Source of the DNA: Mustelus asterias
Taxonomy: Eukaryota
Reading direction: 5' to 3'
DNA: 64,000 nucleotides
NCBI RefSeq assembly: GCF_964213995.1
Contig: NW_027590197.1
Coordinates: 620,001-684,000, forward strand
The number at the start of each line of letters is the position of its first letter. Position 1 is the stretch's first letter. Below, one piece after another: positions 49,308 through 62,556 of the stretch. The notes beneath the pieces were generated by a model that made no database searches, was not told the origin of the DNA, and saw nothing but the letters and a program-made list of their open reading frames with translations. A program made the position numbers and the translations under genes.

Positions 49308-49590
49308 GCATTATGGTGGCACAGTGGTGAGCATTGCTGCATCACAGCGCCAGGGACTCGGGTTCAATTCCGGCCTCGGATCACTGTGTGGGTTTCGTCC
49401 AGGTGTTCCGGTTTCCTCCCACAGTCCAAAGATGTGCGGGTTAGGTTGATTGGCCATGCCAAATTGACCCGAGTGTCAGGGGGATTATCAGGGTAATCTG
49501 AGGGGTTCCAGGAAGAGAGCCTGGGATTGTAGTCAGTGCAGACTTGATGGGCCGAATGGCCTCCTTCTGCACTGTAGGGATTCTATGATT
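49308..49590 (+). mobile_element. HE1-type SINE
   Basis: A/B boxes, partial V domain, tail GGATTCTATGA. Confidence 0.85.
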
Positions 49591-49892
49591 AATGTGCACA
49601 ATATTAATTTACTCTCCCCTTAAATGTCAGATATCTCCTGGGGAAAACAGCCCTTTAATTGTGAACATTAGGAAATAGACCATCCTTTTAGCCAGACAAA
49701 TAAATGCGTCAACTGAGGGAGCAAAGGATGTCAATGTCTTTAAGAGAGAGAGAAACCTGGGCCAACCTTTCCAGAGTCTTCACCCTCCCTGGATTCACTT
49801 CCTTTCCCTTCAGTTGCTGCAAGTCCCCAATTTCCCCCAGAATGAGAAAAGAAATGGAAAGGGGGGGGGGGGGGGGAGGGGAAGAAAGCGTT

Positions 49893-50375
49893 TTACTCAC
49901 AGATGTTGATGATAGAAGAAATTTTAGTCTGTCTGAAGCTCAATCTTCACTCAGACAGAAAGCCGCATCAGTTTTGTTGAACAGACAATGGAAGCTCACG
50001 CAGCAATTGACACAAGGCCCGGACTCTGATTGGCTGGAGGACCAGCACCCATCCGGTCCTCCACGCGTTGCCATTGGTCAATCTGCCGCATTTAGACTAT
50101 GAGGGGGCGGAACCCGAGCCCACGTGGGGGTGGGCGGGGCTTTGACCGCCAGCCGCGCTGAGCTGGTGTCCAATCCGCAGTGTGCTGCTTCTGTAACCAG
50201 TGATATTGCTGCCAATGGGACACTGTGTGCTGGGAACGCCTCTCTGAGTCATTGTGACGGCACAATGGAGCCCTGCCTGAATCAGCCAATAGCAAACACT
50301 GTGCTCCGCGGTGACGTCTCCGGGTTCAGGCGCGCAGACCCGGGAGCCCCGCCCCCACCCATTGTTCCCCCAGTC
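49893..50375. promoter_or_regulatory. Bidirectional CpG promoter and exon 1 between divergent ZNF genes
   Basis: Several CCAAT boxes, GC boxes at ~50103, 50130, 50348, TGACGTCT; donor CAACATCT|GTGAGTAA on minus strand; homologous to 17345-17810. Confidence 0.78.
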
Positions 50376-50467
50376 TGTACATTCCACACATTGTTAGTCC
50401 AGTCAGATAGACATATATCTGTCTGGCCGCCTGCATGGAGATTTCCAGCTCTCTGTGTCCAGGACAG

Positions 50468-50862
50468 AGTAAGAAGTCTCACAACACCAGGTTAAAGTCC
50501 AACAGGTTTATTTGGTAGCACAAGCCACTCGCTTTCGGAGCGCTGCCCCTTCTTCCGGTGAGTGGGAATTCTGTTCACAAACAGGGCATATAAAGACACA
50601 GACTCAATTTACAAGATAATGGTTGGAATGTGAGTCTTTACAGGTAATCAAGTCTTAAAGGTACAAACAATGTGAGTGGAGAGAGCGTTAAGCACAGGTT
50701 AAAGAGATGTGTATTGTCTCCAGACAGGACAGTTAGTGAGATTTTGCAAGCCCACGCAAGTCGTGGAGGTTACAGATAGTGTGACATGAACCCAAGATCC
50801 CGGTTGAGGCTGTCCTCGTGTGCGGAACTTGGCTATCAGTCTCTGCTCAGCGACCCTGCGTT
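50468..50862 (-). mobile_element. Penelope-like 3' fragment inserted in ZNF exon 2
   Basis: Matches 30037-30430; GGACAG duplicated at 50462-50467 and 50863-50868. Confidence 0.88.
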
Positions 50863-51476
50863 GGACAGGAAGCAGTGAGCATGGATCTGTTAATCAGCCT
50901 CAATCAGCACCTTCAGGAGAATTGGGAGGGTGAATATTAGATACAGCAGAGTGAGAATGGAGGGAGAGTGTGTGGAATGGAGATTTACAGCTTTTGAGGA
51001 ATGAGAGAGGAAAGAATGTTCCATAGAAACTGGAACTGTCTGTTCTGAATTTCTATCCTGTACTGACATTGATGAATTTTTACAATAATTTTTACAATAA
51101 TTACTTTTGTAAATTCCTTTTACAGAATATCAGAAGGTGAGGATTTCCAGATAAAAACTCAAAAGTAACATCACATCAACATCTGACGGAGTCATTCAAT
51201 TTATCGGGACCTGAATATTAGCCACATTTGATTCCAGAAGGAGAAATGTTTCCATGTTCTTTCTGCTTCAGAAGATTTTAAACATCAGTTTGACTGGAAA
51301 AGCACTGAGACACACACACACACCCGAGTGAGAGTGTTCCAGTGCACTGAGTATGGAAAGAGCTTTAACCAGTTACACAGCCTGAAAATATATTGCAGCG
51401 GGGAGAGACTGTATCCGTGTTCTGTGTGAGATTTAACTGATTGTTTAGCCTGGAGAGTTACAAGGACACCCGTAGC

Positions 51477-53048
51477 ATGGAGAAACCATGGAAATGTTGG
51501 GACTGTGGGAAGAGATTTAGGTTCCCATCTCTGCTGGAAACTCATCGACGCAGTCACAGCAGGGAGAGACCGTTCACCTGCTCTGATTGTGAGAAGGGAT
51601 TCAGGTTCCCATGTGAGCTGGAAACACACCGTACAATCACACTGGGGAGAGACCGTTCACCTGCTCTGTGTGTGAGAAGGGATTTACTCGGTTATTCCTC
51701 TTGCTGAGTCACAATCTCACTCACACTAATGAGAGACCGTTTAAATGCTCTGACTGTGGGAGTGGCTTCAAAAGCTCTTGGGAACTGGTGAAACACCAGC
51801 GCATTCACACTGGGGAGAGACCGTTCACCTGCCCTGTGTGTGGGAAGGGATTCACTACTTCAGCCGGTCTGCTCGATCACAATCTCACTCACACCCAGGA
51901 CAGACCCTTTAAATGCTCTGAATGTGGGAGTGGTTTCAAAAGCTCTCAGGATCTGATGAGACACCAGCGCATTCACACTGAGGAGAGACCGTTCAGCTGC
52001 TCTCACTGCTCAAAGAGATTTAAAACGTCGTACTCCCTGCTGACACACCAGCGAGTTCATACTGAGGACAGACCATTCAGCTGCTCCCACTGCACAAAGA
52101 GATTTAGAAGGTCATCCACCCTGTGGGAACACCAGGGAGTTCACACTGGGGAGAGACCATTCACCTGCTCCGTGTGTGGGAAGAGATTCACTTATTCATC
52201 CAACCTGCTGACACACAAAACCACTCATGCCAATTAGAGACCCTTTAAACATTCTGACTGTGGGAGTGGCTTCAAAAGCTCTCGGAAACGGATGATCCAC
52301 CAGCGCATTCACACTGAGGAGGGGCCGCTCAGCTGCTCTGTGTGTGGGAAAGGGTTCAGTGATTCATCCCAGTCTGCGGGCACACCATCGAGTTCACACT
52401 CGGGATGGACCATTCACCTGCTCTGTGTGTGGGATGGGTTTCACTCAGTCATCCCGCCTGTGGATGCACCAGCGAGTTCACACCAGGGAGAGACCATTCA
52501 CCTTTACTCGGACATCCAGCTTGCTGAAACACAAAGCCACTCACACCAAGGACAGACTCTTTAAATGCTCTGACTGAGAGGCCTGACTCAAAAGCTCTCA
52601 GGAACTGATGATCCAGCAGCGCATTCACAGGGGAGAGGCCATTCAGCTGCTCTGACTGTGGGCATGGCTCCAAAAGCTCTGACTAACTGGTGTCCCGCGA
52701 GTGCATTCACACTGAGGAGACACTGTTCCCCTGCTCTCACTGCTCAAAGAGGTTTAGAATATCTTCAGCTGAAACACCAGTGAGTTCACACTGGGGAGAG
52801 ACTATTCACCTGCTCTGTGTGTTGGGAAAGGATTTCCTTGGTTATCCAGCCTGCGCAGACACAAAGTCACTCACACCCAGGAGAGACCCTTTAAGTGTTT
52901 TGACTGTGGGAGTGGCTTCAAAAGCTCTCGGGAACTGATGTCCCACCTGTGAGTTCGCACTGGGAAGAGACCATTCACCTGCTCTGACTGTAGGAAGGGA
53001 TTCACTCGGTCAACAAACTTAGTGAAACACCAGCAAGTTCACAAGTGA
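51477..53048 (+). pseudogene. Long C2H2 ZNF pseudogene (~18-19 finger units, several frameshifts/stops)
   Basis: ORFs 51441..51707, 51668..52237, 52292..52564, 52344..52577, 52690..52938. Confidence 0.85.
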
Positions 53049-53129
53049 TTCGAGTTCTGGGATTATTCTTGTGAACCTTACTTGCCCCTCCTCCAGTGCC
53101 TTCACTTCCTTTTTCTAAATGGAGATCAC

Positions 53130-54925
53130 AAATAGAACGTAGAACAGTACAGCTCAGGAACAGACCCTTCAGCCCACCATGTTGTGTCGAACATGAAGCC
53201 AAATTAAACTATTCCTTTCTGCCTGCCCTTGGTCCATATTCCTCTATTCCTTACATATTCATGTGCTTATCTAAAAGCCCATTAAAGATAATGGGCCTCA
53301 TCCACCCCTGGCAGCGCGTTCCAGACACCTACCACTCTCTGTGTTATAAAAGTTGCCCCTCACATCTCCTTTGAACTTTCCCTGTCTCTCCTGAAGTGCA
53401 TGCTCCCTGGTAATAGACATTTCAACTCTGGGAAAAAGATTCTGACTGTCAACCCTATCTATGTGTGCAGTATTGGTCCCCTTATATGAGGAAGAATATA
53501 TTGGCATTGGAGGGAGTGCAGAGAAGGTTCACCAGGTTGATACTGGAGATGAGGGGTTTGGATTATGAGGAGAGGCTGAGGAGATTGGGTTTGTACTCGT
53601 TGGAGTTTAGAAGGATGAGGGGGGATCTTATGGAGACTTATAAGATAATGCGGGGGCTGGATAGGGTGGAGGCGGAGAGATTCTTTCCACTTAGTAAGGA
53701 AGTTAAAACTAGAGGACACAGCCTCAAAATAAAGGGGGGTCGGTTTAAGACAGAGTTGAGGAGGAACTTCTTCTCCCAGAGGGTGGTGAATCTCTAGAAT
53801 TCTCTGCCCACTGAGGTGGTGGAGGCTACCTCGCTGAATATGTTTAAAGCGCGGATGGATGGATTCCTGATCGGTAAGGGAATTAAGGGTTATGGGGATC
53901 AGGCGGGTAAGTGGTACTGATCCACGTCAGATCAGCCATGATCTTATTGAATGGCGGGGCAGGCTCGAGGGGCTAGATGGCCTACTCCTGCTCCTATTTC
54001 TTATGTTCTTATGTTCTTATGTCTCTTATCATTTCATAGACTTCTATCAGGTCTCCCCTCAGCCTCCGCTGCTTCAGAGAAAGCAACCCTAGTTTGTCCA
54101 GACTCTCCTTATAGCTCGTACCCTCTAATCCAGGCAGCATCCTGGTAAACCTCTTCTGCACCCTCTCCAAATCCTCTACATCTTCCTGTAACGTGGCAAC
54201 CAGAATTAAATACAATATTCTGAGTGCGGCCTAACCAAAGTTTTATAAAGCTGCAACATGACATCCTTACTCTTGTACTCAATAAAGGCAAGCATGCCAT
54301 ATGCCTTCTTTACCACTTATTTATTTTTGTGGCCAATTTCAGGGAACTGTGGATTGGAACCCCAAGATCCCTCTGTGCATCAATGTTGTTCAGGGACCTG
54401 CCATTAACTGTATACTTATCCTTAATATTTGATCTCCCAAAGTGCAGTATCTCATACTTGCCCAGATTAAACTCTATCTGCCATTTCTCCAACCATATCT
54501 CCAGCTGATTTATATCCCACTGTATCGTTTGACAACCTTCTACATTATTTACAACTCTACCTAGCTTTGTGTTGTCTGCAAACTTACTAACCCACACATC
54601 CACATTTTCATCCAAGTCATTTATATTTATCACAAACAGCAGAGGTCCCAGTATGGATCCCTGTGGAACACCACTAGTCACTGACTTCCAGCCAGAAAAA
54701 CACCCTCCACCACTACTCCCTGACTTCTATGTGCAAGTCAGTTCTGAATCCAAGCGGCCAAGTCACCGTGAATCCCATGCATCTTAATCTTCTGGATGAG
54801 CCGACCATGAGGGACCTTGTCGAAAGCCTTACTAAAATCCATGTACACAACATCCACTGCTCTACCCTCATCGATCACCTTCGTCACCTCCTCGATAAAA
54901 TCGATCCAGTTAGTAAGATGTTGAC
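53130..54925 (-). mobile_element. CR1 LINE 3' half, interrupted by an opposite-strand CR1
   Basis: ORFs 54310..54681 (PQGSILGP, FADN), 54009..54215, 53298..53507; tail TAGAACGTAGAAC. Confidence 0.9.
53465..54020 (+). mobile_element. CR1 3' fragment nested antisense in another CR1
   Basis: ORF 53465..53797; tail (TTCTTATG)3. Confidence 0.9.
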
Positions 54926-55554
54926 GGTGCTCCCACTGCAGTCCTGTGATGAAAATATAGACTGGTTGGTGAAATGTAGATAACAGGTAGAATTGATATC
55001 TAATGAGGACTTTATACTTTAGAATTGAATACAGGACTCATTGTTACTAACGGGGAAAGAAGGGTTAAAACCCTTACCCAGAACCCTTTTCACACACACG
55101 TGGACATCTCTGAATCTGACACACACCAAATGGAACGTTACACAAGGGGCTGGAATTCACTGGAATTTCTTAACAACCTTTCAATAGAAATGTCCTGGTA
55201 CCGACCGTGACAAAGGACACAACAGACAGCAAGAACCAGGAGGAACCTTTAACCCAGAGAATGTTAATAACCTTGTTCAGGACACCGGTGCCAGGCACAG
55301 GAGGATCCCAAGAAAAACGGAACATTTAATTTCTGTCTGTTTCACAATTCTAAATGACTGATTCTTTAACATAGGAATGTTTAAAAACAGCATTGTGATA
55401 TTCCAAGGTCAACTGTGTCTGGGAAAGGGACACACTGATGTGTTTTTATTTTAAACAGGAGGATCCATTGAAAAGCAGCTCTGGACGATACGAGCACCTC
55501 CTGACCTCCTTTCAATTCATTTCAAATCACCCATCACTTTCCGTGGAATATTCT

Positions 55555-55925
55555 TTATTCTTCCCTGGGATGTGGACACTGCTGGCAAAGCCCCAGCACA
55601 CGTTGCTCAGCTCCTAATTGCCCCTGAATGGAGTGACTTGCTCAGCCATTTCAGAGGGGCAGTTAAGAGTCACCCACATCGCTGTGTGGGTCTGGATTCA
55701 CATGTAGGCCAGACCGGGTAAGGATGGCAGATTTCCTTCCCTAATAGGGTGCATTAATAGGGTGAACCGGATGGGTTTTTACAACAATCGATGATAGTTT
55801 CATGGTCACCGTTTCTGAGACTATATAATTCCAGATTGATTCACTGGATTCAAATCCCACCAGCTGCCTGTCCCCAGATCCTTTGCTGGGTCTCTGCATT
55901 ACTCGGCCAGCGACATTCCCACCAC
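55555..55925 (-). mobile_element. LINE/SINE-like 3' fragment; related to 32460-32590 (+)
   Basis: GGCAGTTAAGAGTCACCCACATCGCTGTG matches reverse complement of 32485-32520; family not determined. Confidence 0.45.
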
Positions 55926-57786
55926 CTCCCCTGAATGGAATATTCCACACAACCCCTTAGTTAAACAGGAAGGAGAAAAGAGAAAGGCTTTGACCTTTGG
56001 ATGACCTCATCACCACCTACAGAAACCTTAAAGCTGACCATTCTGTAAAAGTTTATAAACTTTATTTTTATAAAACACAGAGTAAGAAACAGGTGAAAAG
56101 TAACGATGGACGTTCCGACTGACATCAGAAACATTGATTGACCGGATAAACACTCACTACATCACAGAGCGATCCTCAACCATTAAAGAATTGACCCACA
56201 ATAAGGAATGAGAGAGCCTTATAAAAAGGGGCAGGAGTTTACACAGAGAGGCGACACCCACAGCTGCTCAGGATGATGGAATTCAGTTCAGGAAGGGGAT
56301 AAAGTGAGAAGCTTTTGTGATTCAAGGTAGAAGTATTGAACAATCTGGAATCAGTGCTTCTCGAGTTTGCTGACGAGCCGAACACTTCAATTAATCTCAT
56401 CATAAAACCCCCAGTGTCAATAACATGGATTTGACTGACAAATGTTGAAGTGTTGGTTTAGAGCCACAAGTTTCAACTTCCCATTTGAGCCTCAGGCACC
56501 TTTCTGTCTCTCTCCTGCTCGTGTCAATGACAGCCAGGCGACGGAGCTGAGGGCTGAATTTAGCTGAGAATAATGGTGCCTGCGCCCCAGTTGGGAAACT
56601 GCCCTGGGCGTCGCACTAATAGGGAGACAGGAATGTACTGGAGTGGGCAATGGGCCTCCAACCAATCAGGGCACCGGAGGAGGTGACCGGGGCTGATGGT
56701 GACGTGACCCCCGGGGTTCAGTGTCCCTGTGTCCAAAGCGGGGAGTCACAGGAACAGGGGACAGAGCAGCTGAACAGAAACCATTTGTGTCCAGAACATT
56801 GTGAACATCCTTTTACTCTGGTTGTCTTTGATCCTCAAGTCATTTTCTGTTTGTTTTAACCATGTTCTGTTTCATCAATAAACTTTTATCAGTAAAAATA
56901 TTTGATTGTTCTGGACATTTCCTGCTGAGATTGATGCACTTTAGGGAAAGTGGGTGAGAGGGGTTGGCAGGCTCTTTAACATGCTGGGCTTTCAAGAGAG
57001 CTGTTAAACATGCTCTCTCTCTGACCCCTCACTCAACTTCACTCCGTTATTTTCCAGTTCTGTTCTGGTCCCGCCTGGGGTAACATCTACTCGATCTTTT
57101 CTCCTGAAGGAGCACTGTGAGTTCTAGGTTACTCGTACATAAGGACAGATGCTTCAAGCAACAGATCAAACATGGATGTAAAAGATTCTCCAGCTCTCTC
57201 TTTACCCCTATCCAAGTTGTGGACAGTTCTTACTCTGTGTTATTTCCCCCAAGCCCTTAATTGTCCCAATCTATAATATTATTCCTTTTAGTTTAATTTT
57301 CCTCACTTTGTGTCCATGTGCAGTGTGTTTAATTGGATCCTGATTGTTTTGAACTCAGTTTCTCTCTGGAGTGTGTGTCAATGCCTTGATGATGTCACAA
57401 TGTTGTCTCAATCCCCTGGCCACATTAACCATTTCATTTCCTGCTGTGTCTCAAGTAGCTGTGTGTGTTTGGGACCCGCTCTTCACTCCATCTCACCATG
57501 AAGTTAGGCTTGCTATTTTTCACACGTAACAAATCACATCTGCACACTCACTCCGGTGTCCCAAAATCATGTCACACATTCTTAACTCTCAGATGTGCTG
57601 ACGAAAGGATCAAAGTGAGTGTCTGTCTTTCTTATTTCCCTGTTATTGTCTGATATTTCATGCAATGACCGAGCTTTCAAATGTAGATTTCTTTAAAACA
57701 AAGTTCATGGATGGCGGAGTGTGTCACAGACCAAGTATTATGCTGGCCTTCACTGATTTACAACTCAGCTAATACAAAGAACAATA

Positions 57787-58106
57787 TGGCGGCACGGTGG
57801 CACAGTGGTTAGCACTGCTGCCTCACAGCACCAGGGACCCGGGTTTGATTCCTGGCTTGGGTTACTGTCTGTGTGGAGTTTGCACATTCTCCCCGTGTCT
57901 GCATGAGTTTCCTCCGGATGCTCCGGTTTCCTCCCGCAGTCCAAAGCTGTGTGGGTTGGGTTGATTGGCTGTGCTAAATTGACCCTAGTTTCTGGGGGAT
58001 TAGCAGGGTAAATATGTGGGGTTACGGATATAGGCTGGGATTGTTGTCAGTGCAGGCTTGATGGGCCAAATGGCCTCCTTCTGTACTATCGGGATTCTAT
58101 TCTATG
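57787..58106 (+). mobile_element. HE1-type SINE
   Basis: GGCGGCACGGTGGCACAGTGGTTAGCAC head through GATTCTATTCTATGA tail. Confidence 0.9.
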
Positions 58107-58119
58107 AATATAATGAAGC

Positions 58120-58835
58120 AATGTAATGGGCATCTTGTTTATTTTCAGCCTGGGCTAATACAGTAACCTGGAGTTTTATGACCCTTTTGGAATTGTTGGG
58201 TGGAGCCTGATTGAAAGGTCAGCGCTCTCTTTGGACATTTTTTTTAAACAGGAGAAAGATTTTAGTTTTCTTTCGTAACAAGCTCTTTGGACTGCAGACT
58301 GAGAGCAGTGTTTCTCATCTCTCTCTGTGGAGTGAAGATTCTGCTGCCTGTGAGTTGCCAGCTGGAAGATAGTGGCAAGCAGTCTCTCTCTCTCTGTCTC
58401 TCTCTCAAGGTCCTGAAAGTTCCAGCACTGGGAAGTCAAAGTTTGAATTCAACATTTAAAGGACTAATTCACAACAGGTGTTAAAAAGCTGCCAAATCCA
58501 GCATCATGTGAGCATACCTGCTTTCTGGGCAAAGCCTAGAACGGGGTGTATGTTTGAAGGGATTATTTGATTTGCAACTGTATACTTAGCTGTGCTGGTT
58601 GATACAAGATCATGGTTGCTTTTTATTGCAATTGGTAAAAGTTATGCTAATTTTTCTTCTTATACTTTAACTGTGTTCTTAAATACACTTTGTTTGATAA
58701 AAGCTTCCTCGTGGCTCACTTGAATCGTACCTGGAGTGAAATATTTATGCTCACCCATGCCAAAATCAAAGTGCAAAACTTCTGGCTAGGCTGACTTTGT
58801 AAAACACTTTGGAGTTTCTGACCTGGGTCATAACA
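58120..58835 (+). mobile_element. Possible solo LTR remnant
   Basis: Ends CATAACA exactly where the ZNF duplication unit resumes; no TSD or second LTR seen. Confidence 0.3.
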
Positions 58836-60990
58836 CGTTTAACCACGCTCAAGGTGAGTTATTCAAATTCCTTTATTGTCCAGGACAATATCTTCACAGT
58901 ATCTTTAAAACAGAAATTAAACATTCCCGTTTGATTTCAGGTATTAACATGTTCTGTTAGTTTGTTCTTTATTGTCAATGTCAGGCTGGGGTTATTCTCC
59001 TTGGAGCAAAGGAGGTTGAGGGGAGATTTGATAGAGGTGACAAGATTCTGACAGGTTTAGATAAGGTGGACAAAGAAAAGCTGTTCCTATTAGCCGATTG
59101 GACAAGGACGAGGGGGGACACAGATTTAAGGTTTTGGGTCAGAGATGCAGTGGGGGGATGTGAGGAAGAATATTTTGATGCAGCGAATGGTAATGACCTG
59201 GAACTCGCTGCCTACGAGGGTGGAGGAAGTGGAGACAATAAACAATTACAAAGGAAATTGGATGGGCATTTGGGGCATTTCAAAAATAAATGCTGACTAA
59301 ATATCTCTGAACTTCTCAACACCCTGTCACTCTGTGATCCTTGTGAAATTTAAAACCAGGTATTCGCAACAAGACTCAAAGAGCATCAGCCCACTGGAGG
59401 CAAAGTTGTGAGACCGGCCAGTCCAGCAGAAAGAAACCCTCCGACCCTCCCCATTGACCAACGTGAGAATGAACAAAATGCAGTCCTGGATGTAATTGAG
59501 AGCAGAAACAATAACAGCAGAATCTAATCCCCATATTCACTAGTGAACTTGTTGGTGTGTCAGCAGGGCGGATGAATCACAGAACCCCTTCCCACACTGA
59601 GAGCAGATGAACAGTCTCTCCCCGGTGTGAACTCGCTGGTGCGATTGCAGGGTGGATAACCGAGTGAATCCCTTTCCACACACGGGGCAGGTGAACGGCC
59701 TCTCTCCAGAGTGAACTCGCTGGTGTCTCCGCAGATTAGATAACTGAGTGAATCCCTTTCCACACTGAGAGCAGGTGAATGGCCTCTCCCCAGTGTGAAC
59801 TCGCTGGTGTGTCTGCAGGTTTGATAAATGAATGAATCCCTTCCCACACTGAAAGCAACTGTATGGCTTCTCCCCAGTGTGATCTCGCTGGTGTGTCTGC
59901 AGGCTGTACAATTGAGTGAATCCCTTCCCACACTGAGAGCAGGTGAATGGTCTCTCCCCAGTGTGAACTCGCTGGTGTGACTGCAGATGAGATAACTGAG
60001 TGAATCTTTTCCCACATGTAGAGCAGCCGAATGGCCTCTCTCCTGTGTGAACACGCTGGTGTTTCTGTAGGTTGGATGACTTACTGAATCCCTTCCCACA
60101 CTGAGAGCAGGTGAATGGCCTCTCCCCAGTGTGAACTCGCTGGTGTGTCTGCAGGCTTGATATCTGAGTAAATCCTTTCCCACACTGACAGCAGGTGAAT
60201 GCACTCTCACCAGTGTGAACTTGCTGGTGTCTCTGCAGAGTGGATGAATCAATGAATCCCTTCCCACACACCCAGCAGGTGAACGGCCTTTCCCCAGTGT
60301 GGCTGCGCCGATGAGCTTCCAGTAGAGAGGGCGCTTTGTATCTCTTCCCACAGTCCTCACATTTCCACGGTTTTTCCATATTTTCAGTCTCCTTGTATCA
60401 TTTGAAGCCTTGTCCACACAGAGAACACGGTATGGTCTCTCCCTGCTGTGAATGCTGCGATGTATTGTCAGGCTGTGTAACTGGTTAAAGCTCTTTCCAC
60501 TGTCAGTGCACTGGAACACTCTCACTCAGGTGTGTGTTTGTGTCCCGGTGTTTTTCCAGTCACACTGCTGCTTAAAATCTTGCAGTGGACAGACCGGTCA
60601 AACATTTCTCCTTCCCATTCAGAGGCTGAGGATATTTAGTTTCCAAGGAATTGAGTGACTCTGTCAGATCGAGATGTGATCGTGAAGATTTCTCTGTGTG
60701 ATTCCTCTTCTAATATCCTGTGAAAACAATTCACAAAATTCATCAGTGTCAGTACAGGACAGAAATTCAGAACAGACAATTCTAGTTTCTATGGAACATT
60801 CTTTCCTCTCTCATTCCCCAAAAGCTGTAAATCTCCATCCCACACACTCTCCCTCCATTCTCACTCTGCTGTATCTAATATTCACCCTCCCAATTCTCCT
60901 GAAGATGCAGATTGAGGCTGATTGACAGATCCATGCTCACTGCTTCCTGTCCTGGACACAGAGAGCTGGAAATCTCCATGCACGCTGCCA
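58836..60990 (-). repeat. Fourth copy of ZNF duplication unit
   Basis: Aligns to 46412-48760 and 23608-24290. Confidence 0.85.
59540..60379 (-). CDS. C2H2 zinc-finger protein, 10 fingers, 279 aa
   Basis: [10 protein letters not shown] start, intact linkers; acceptor ~60718; exon 2 ~60886-60984. Confidence 0.9.
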   Translation of the reverse strand: MEKPWKCEDCGKRYKAPSLLEAHRRSHTGERPFTCWVCGKGFIDSSTLQRHQQVHTGESAFTCCQCGKGFTQISSLQTHQRVHTGERPFTCSQCGKGFSKSSNLQKHQRVHTGERPFGCSTCGKRFTQLSHLQSHQRVHTGERPFTCSQCGKGFTQLYSLQTHQRDHTGEKPYSCFQCGKGFIHLSNLQTHQRVHTGERPFTCSQCGKGFTQLSNLRRHQRVHSGERPFTCPVCGKGFTRLSTLQSHQRVHTGERLFICSQCGKGFCDSSALLTHQQVH

Positions 60991-61112
60991 GCCTAACAGA
61001 AATATGGCTATATTCTTGACTAAGAATGTTTTAAATGGATTGTTTCAGTGAGTGAAGATACAGGGGGGTTGTGATTGATGATGATATTGAACTTGCTGCC
61101 AACGTGGGTGAT

Positions 61113-61475
61113 CATAGAGTTTTACAGCATGGAAAGAGGCCCTTCGGCCCATCATGTTTGTGCCGGCCATCAAGCACCGTTCTATTCTAACCCCATTTTC
61201 CACACGTGATGTGTAACCTTACATACTGTGGCATTTCAAGAGCTTATCTAACTTCTTCTTAAATGTGATGATGATTCCCACCTCTACCACCCTTTCAGGC
61301 AGTGAGTTCCAGATTCCCACCACCGTCTGAGTGAAAAAGCTTTCCCTCACATCTCCTATAAACCTCCTGCCCCTCAACTTAAATCCAGGCCCCTGGTTAT
61401 TGACCCCTCTACGAAAGAGAAAAGTTCCTTCCTGTCCCCCCTATCTGTGCCCCTCAGAATTTTATACACCTCAAT
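61113..61475 (-). mobile_element. CR1 3' fragment
   Basis: GGCCCTTCGGCC hairpin, TTCCAGATTCCCACCAC. Confidence 0.7.
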
Positions 61476-61829
61476 GTTAGGCTGGATAACTTGGGGTTAT
61501 TCTCCTTGGAGCAAAGTAGATTGATAGAGGTGTACAAGGGTACATGGAGGTGTCAAAGTTTACATGCTCTGTTTACACGTGTACAAGCTCTGACTATGGC
61601 GTATCCAGTCTCGAAACATTGGTTCTATTCTCTCTCCACAGATGATGTCAGATCTGCTGAGATTTTCCAGCATTTACTGTTTTACTTTCCCTTTCTTTTT
61701 CCTTCTGTGTCACCGCTCTGCCTCATCAATAAGACATTGGGACTCAGAGGGTTGATGCAGTTTGATGGACAAGTTGTCTCCATTCTGAACACTGGGGAAC
61801 AAGCTCCTCCCACTCATTGACAACATTGC

Positions 61830-62245
61830 CCTCTACAAACATGGCGGCCGCACGTGCGCACTGCTGCATATTGCCCCCAATAAAGATGGCGAACGTTAAC
61901 CCGGGACGAACATGAGGAGCTGCAGCCCTGCTCGGTGCAAACTGGGTCCGGGAAGTTCTCTTCCGCATTTTGCGACTCTCACAACATGCTTACGCAGCGT
62001 TTCCACCCACCTGGACGATCCATTGCTCTCTCCGTACCGCCAATCACCTCGAACAGATTTCCGAGCCCAAAATAAAAACCGTTTTCCATCGCCATTACTC
62101 ACACTGCGCATGCTCGAGTCAAAGTTGGCCCCGCCCCTCGTTCGCTCCTATTGGTGGAGGACCAACCGCTCCAGATCGGTCCTCCAGCTCTGCCCCCTCT
62201 TCCCATTGGTCCACGCTGCCGTCAATCAGCCGGGCATTGTGACGG
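61830..62245 (-). promoter_or_regulatory. CpG promoter/exon-1 module type B, positioned to drive ZNF 59540-60379
   Basis: CCAAT x2, GC box 62129-62137, NRF1 TGCGCATGC 62105-62113, YY1-like AAGATGGCG and AACATGGCGG; homolog of 29385-29870. Confidence 0.75.
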
Positions 62246-62286
62246 TGACTTGCTGCTTGTCCAATAATCACAGTGACAGAGTCTCA

Positions 62287-62556
62287 GTGTAACAATGACA
62301 CACACAGGCTCCAATACAATCAGAGTGGGGATGGAGCACAGAGACAACACAGCAAAGCACTGACTTACTCTGAGTGTAACAATGACACACACAGGCTCCA
62401 ATACAATCAGAGTGGGGATGGAGCACAGAGACAACACAGCAAAGCACTGACTTACTCTGAGTGTAACAATGACACACACAGGCTCCAATACAATCAGAGT
62501 GGGGATGGAGCACAGAGACAACACAGCAAAGCACTGACTTACTCTGAGTGTAACAA
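62287..62556. repeat. 87-bp tandem repeat x3
   Basis: Identical units starting 62287, 62374, 62461, partial at 62548. Confidence 0.97.

Noticed and set aside
55042-56426. Solo LTR (TGTTA...TAACA with TATA-like motif)
   Set aside because: No target-site duplication, PBS or partner LTR visible.
59560-60525. Long alternative-frame ORFs over ZNF genes (HTSEFTLGR.. repeats; also 36459..37259, 47478..48188, 25597..26226)
   Set aside because: Shadow frames of the 84-bp finger repeat, open because of its codon usage.
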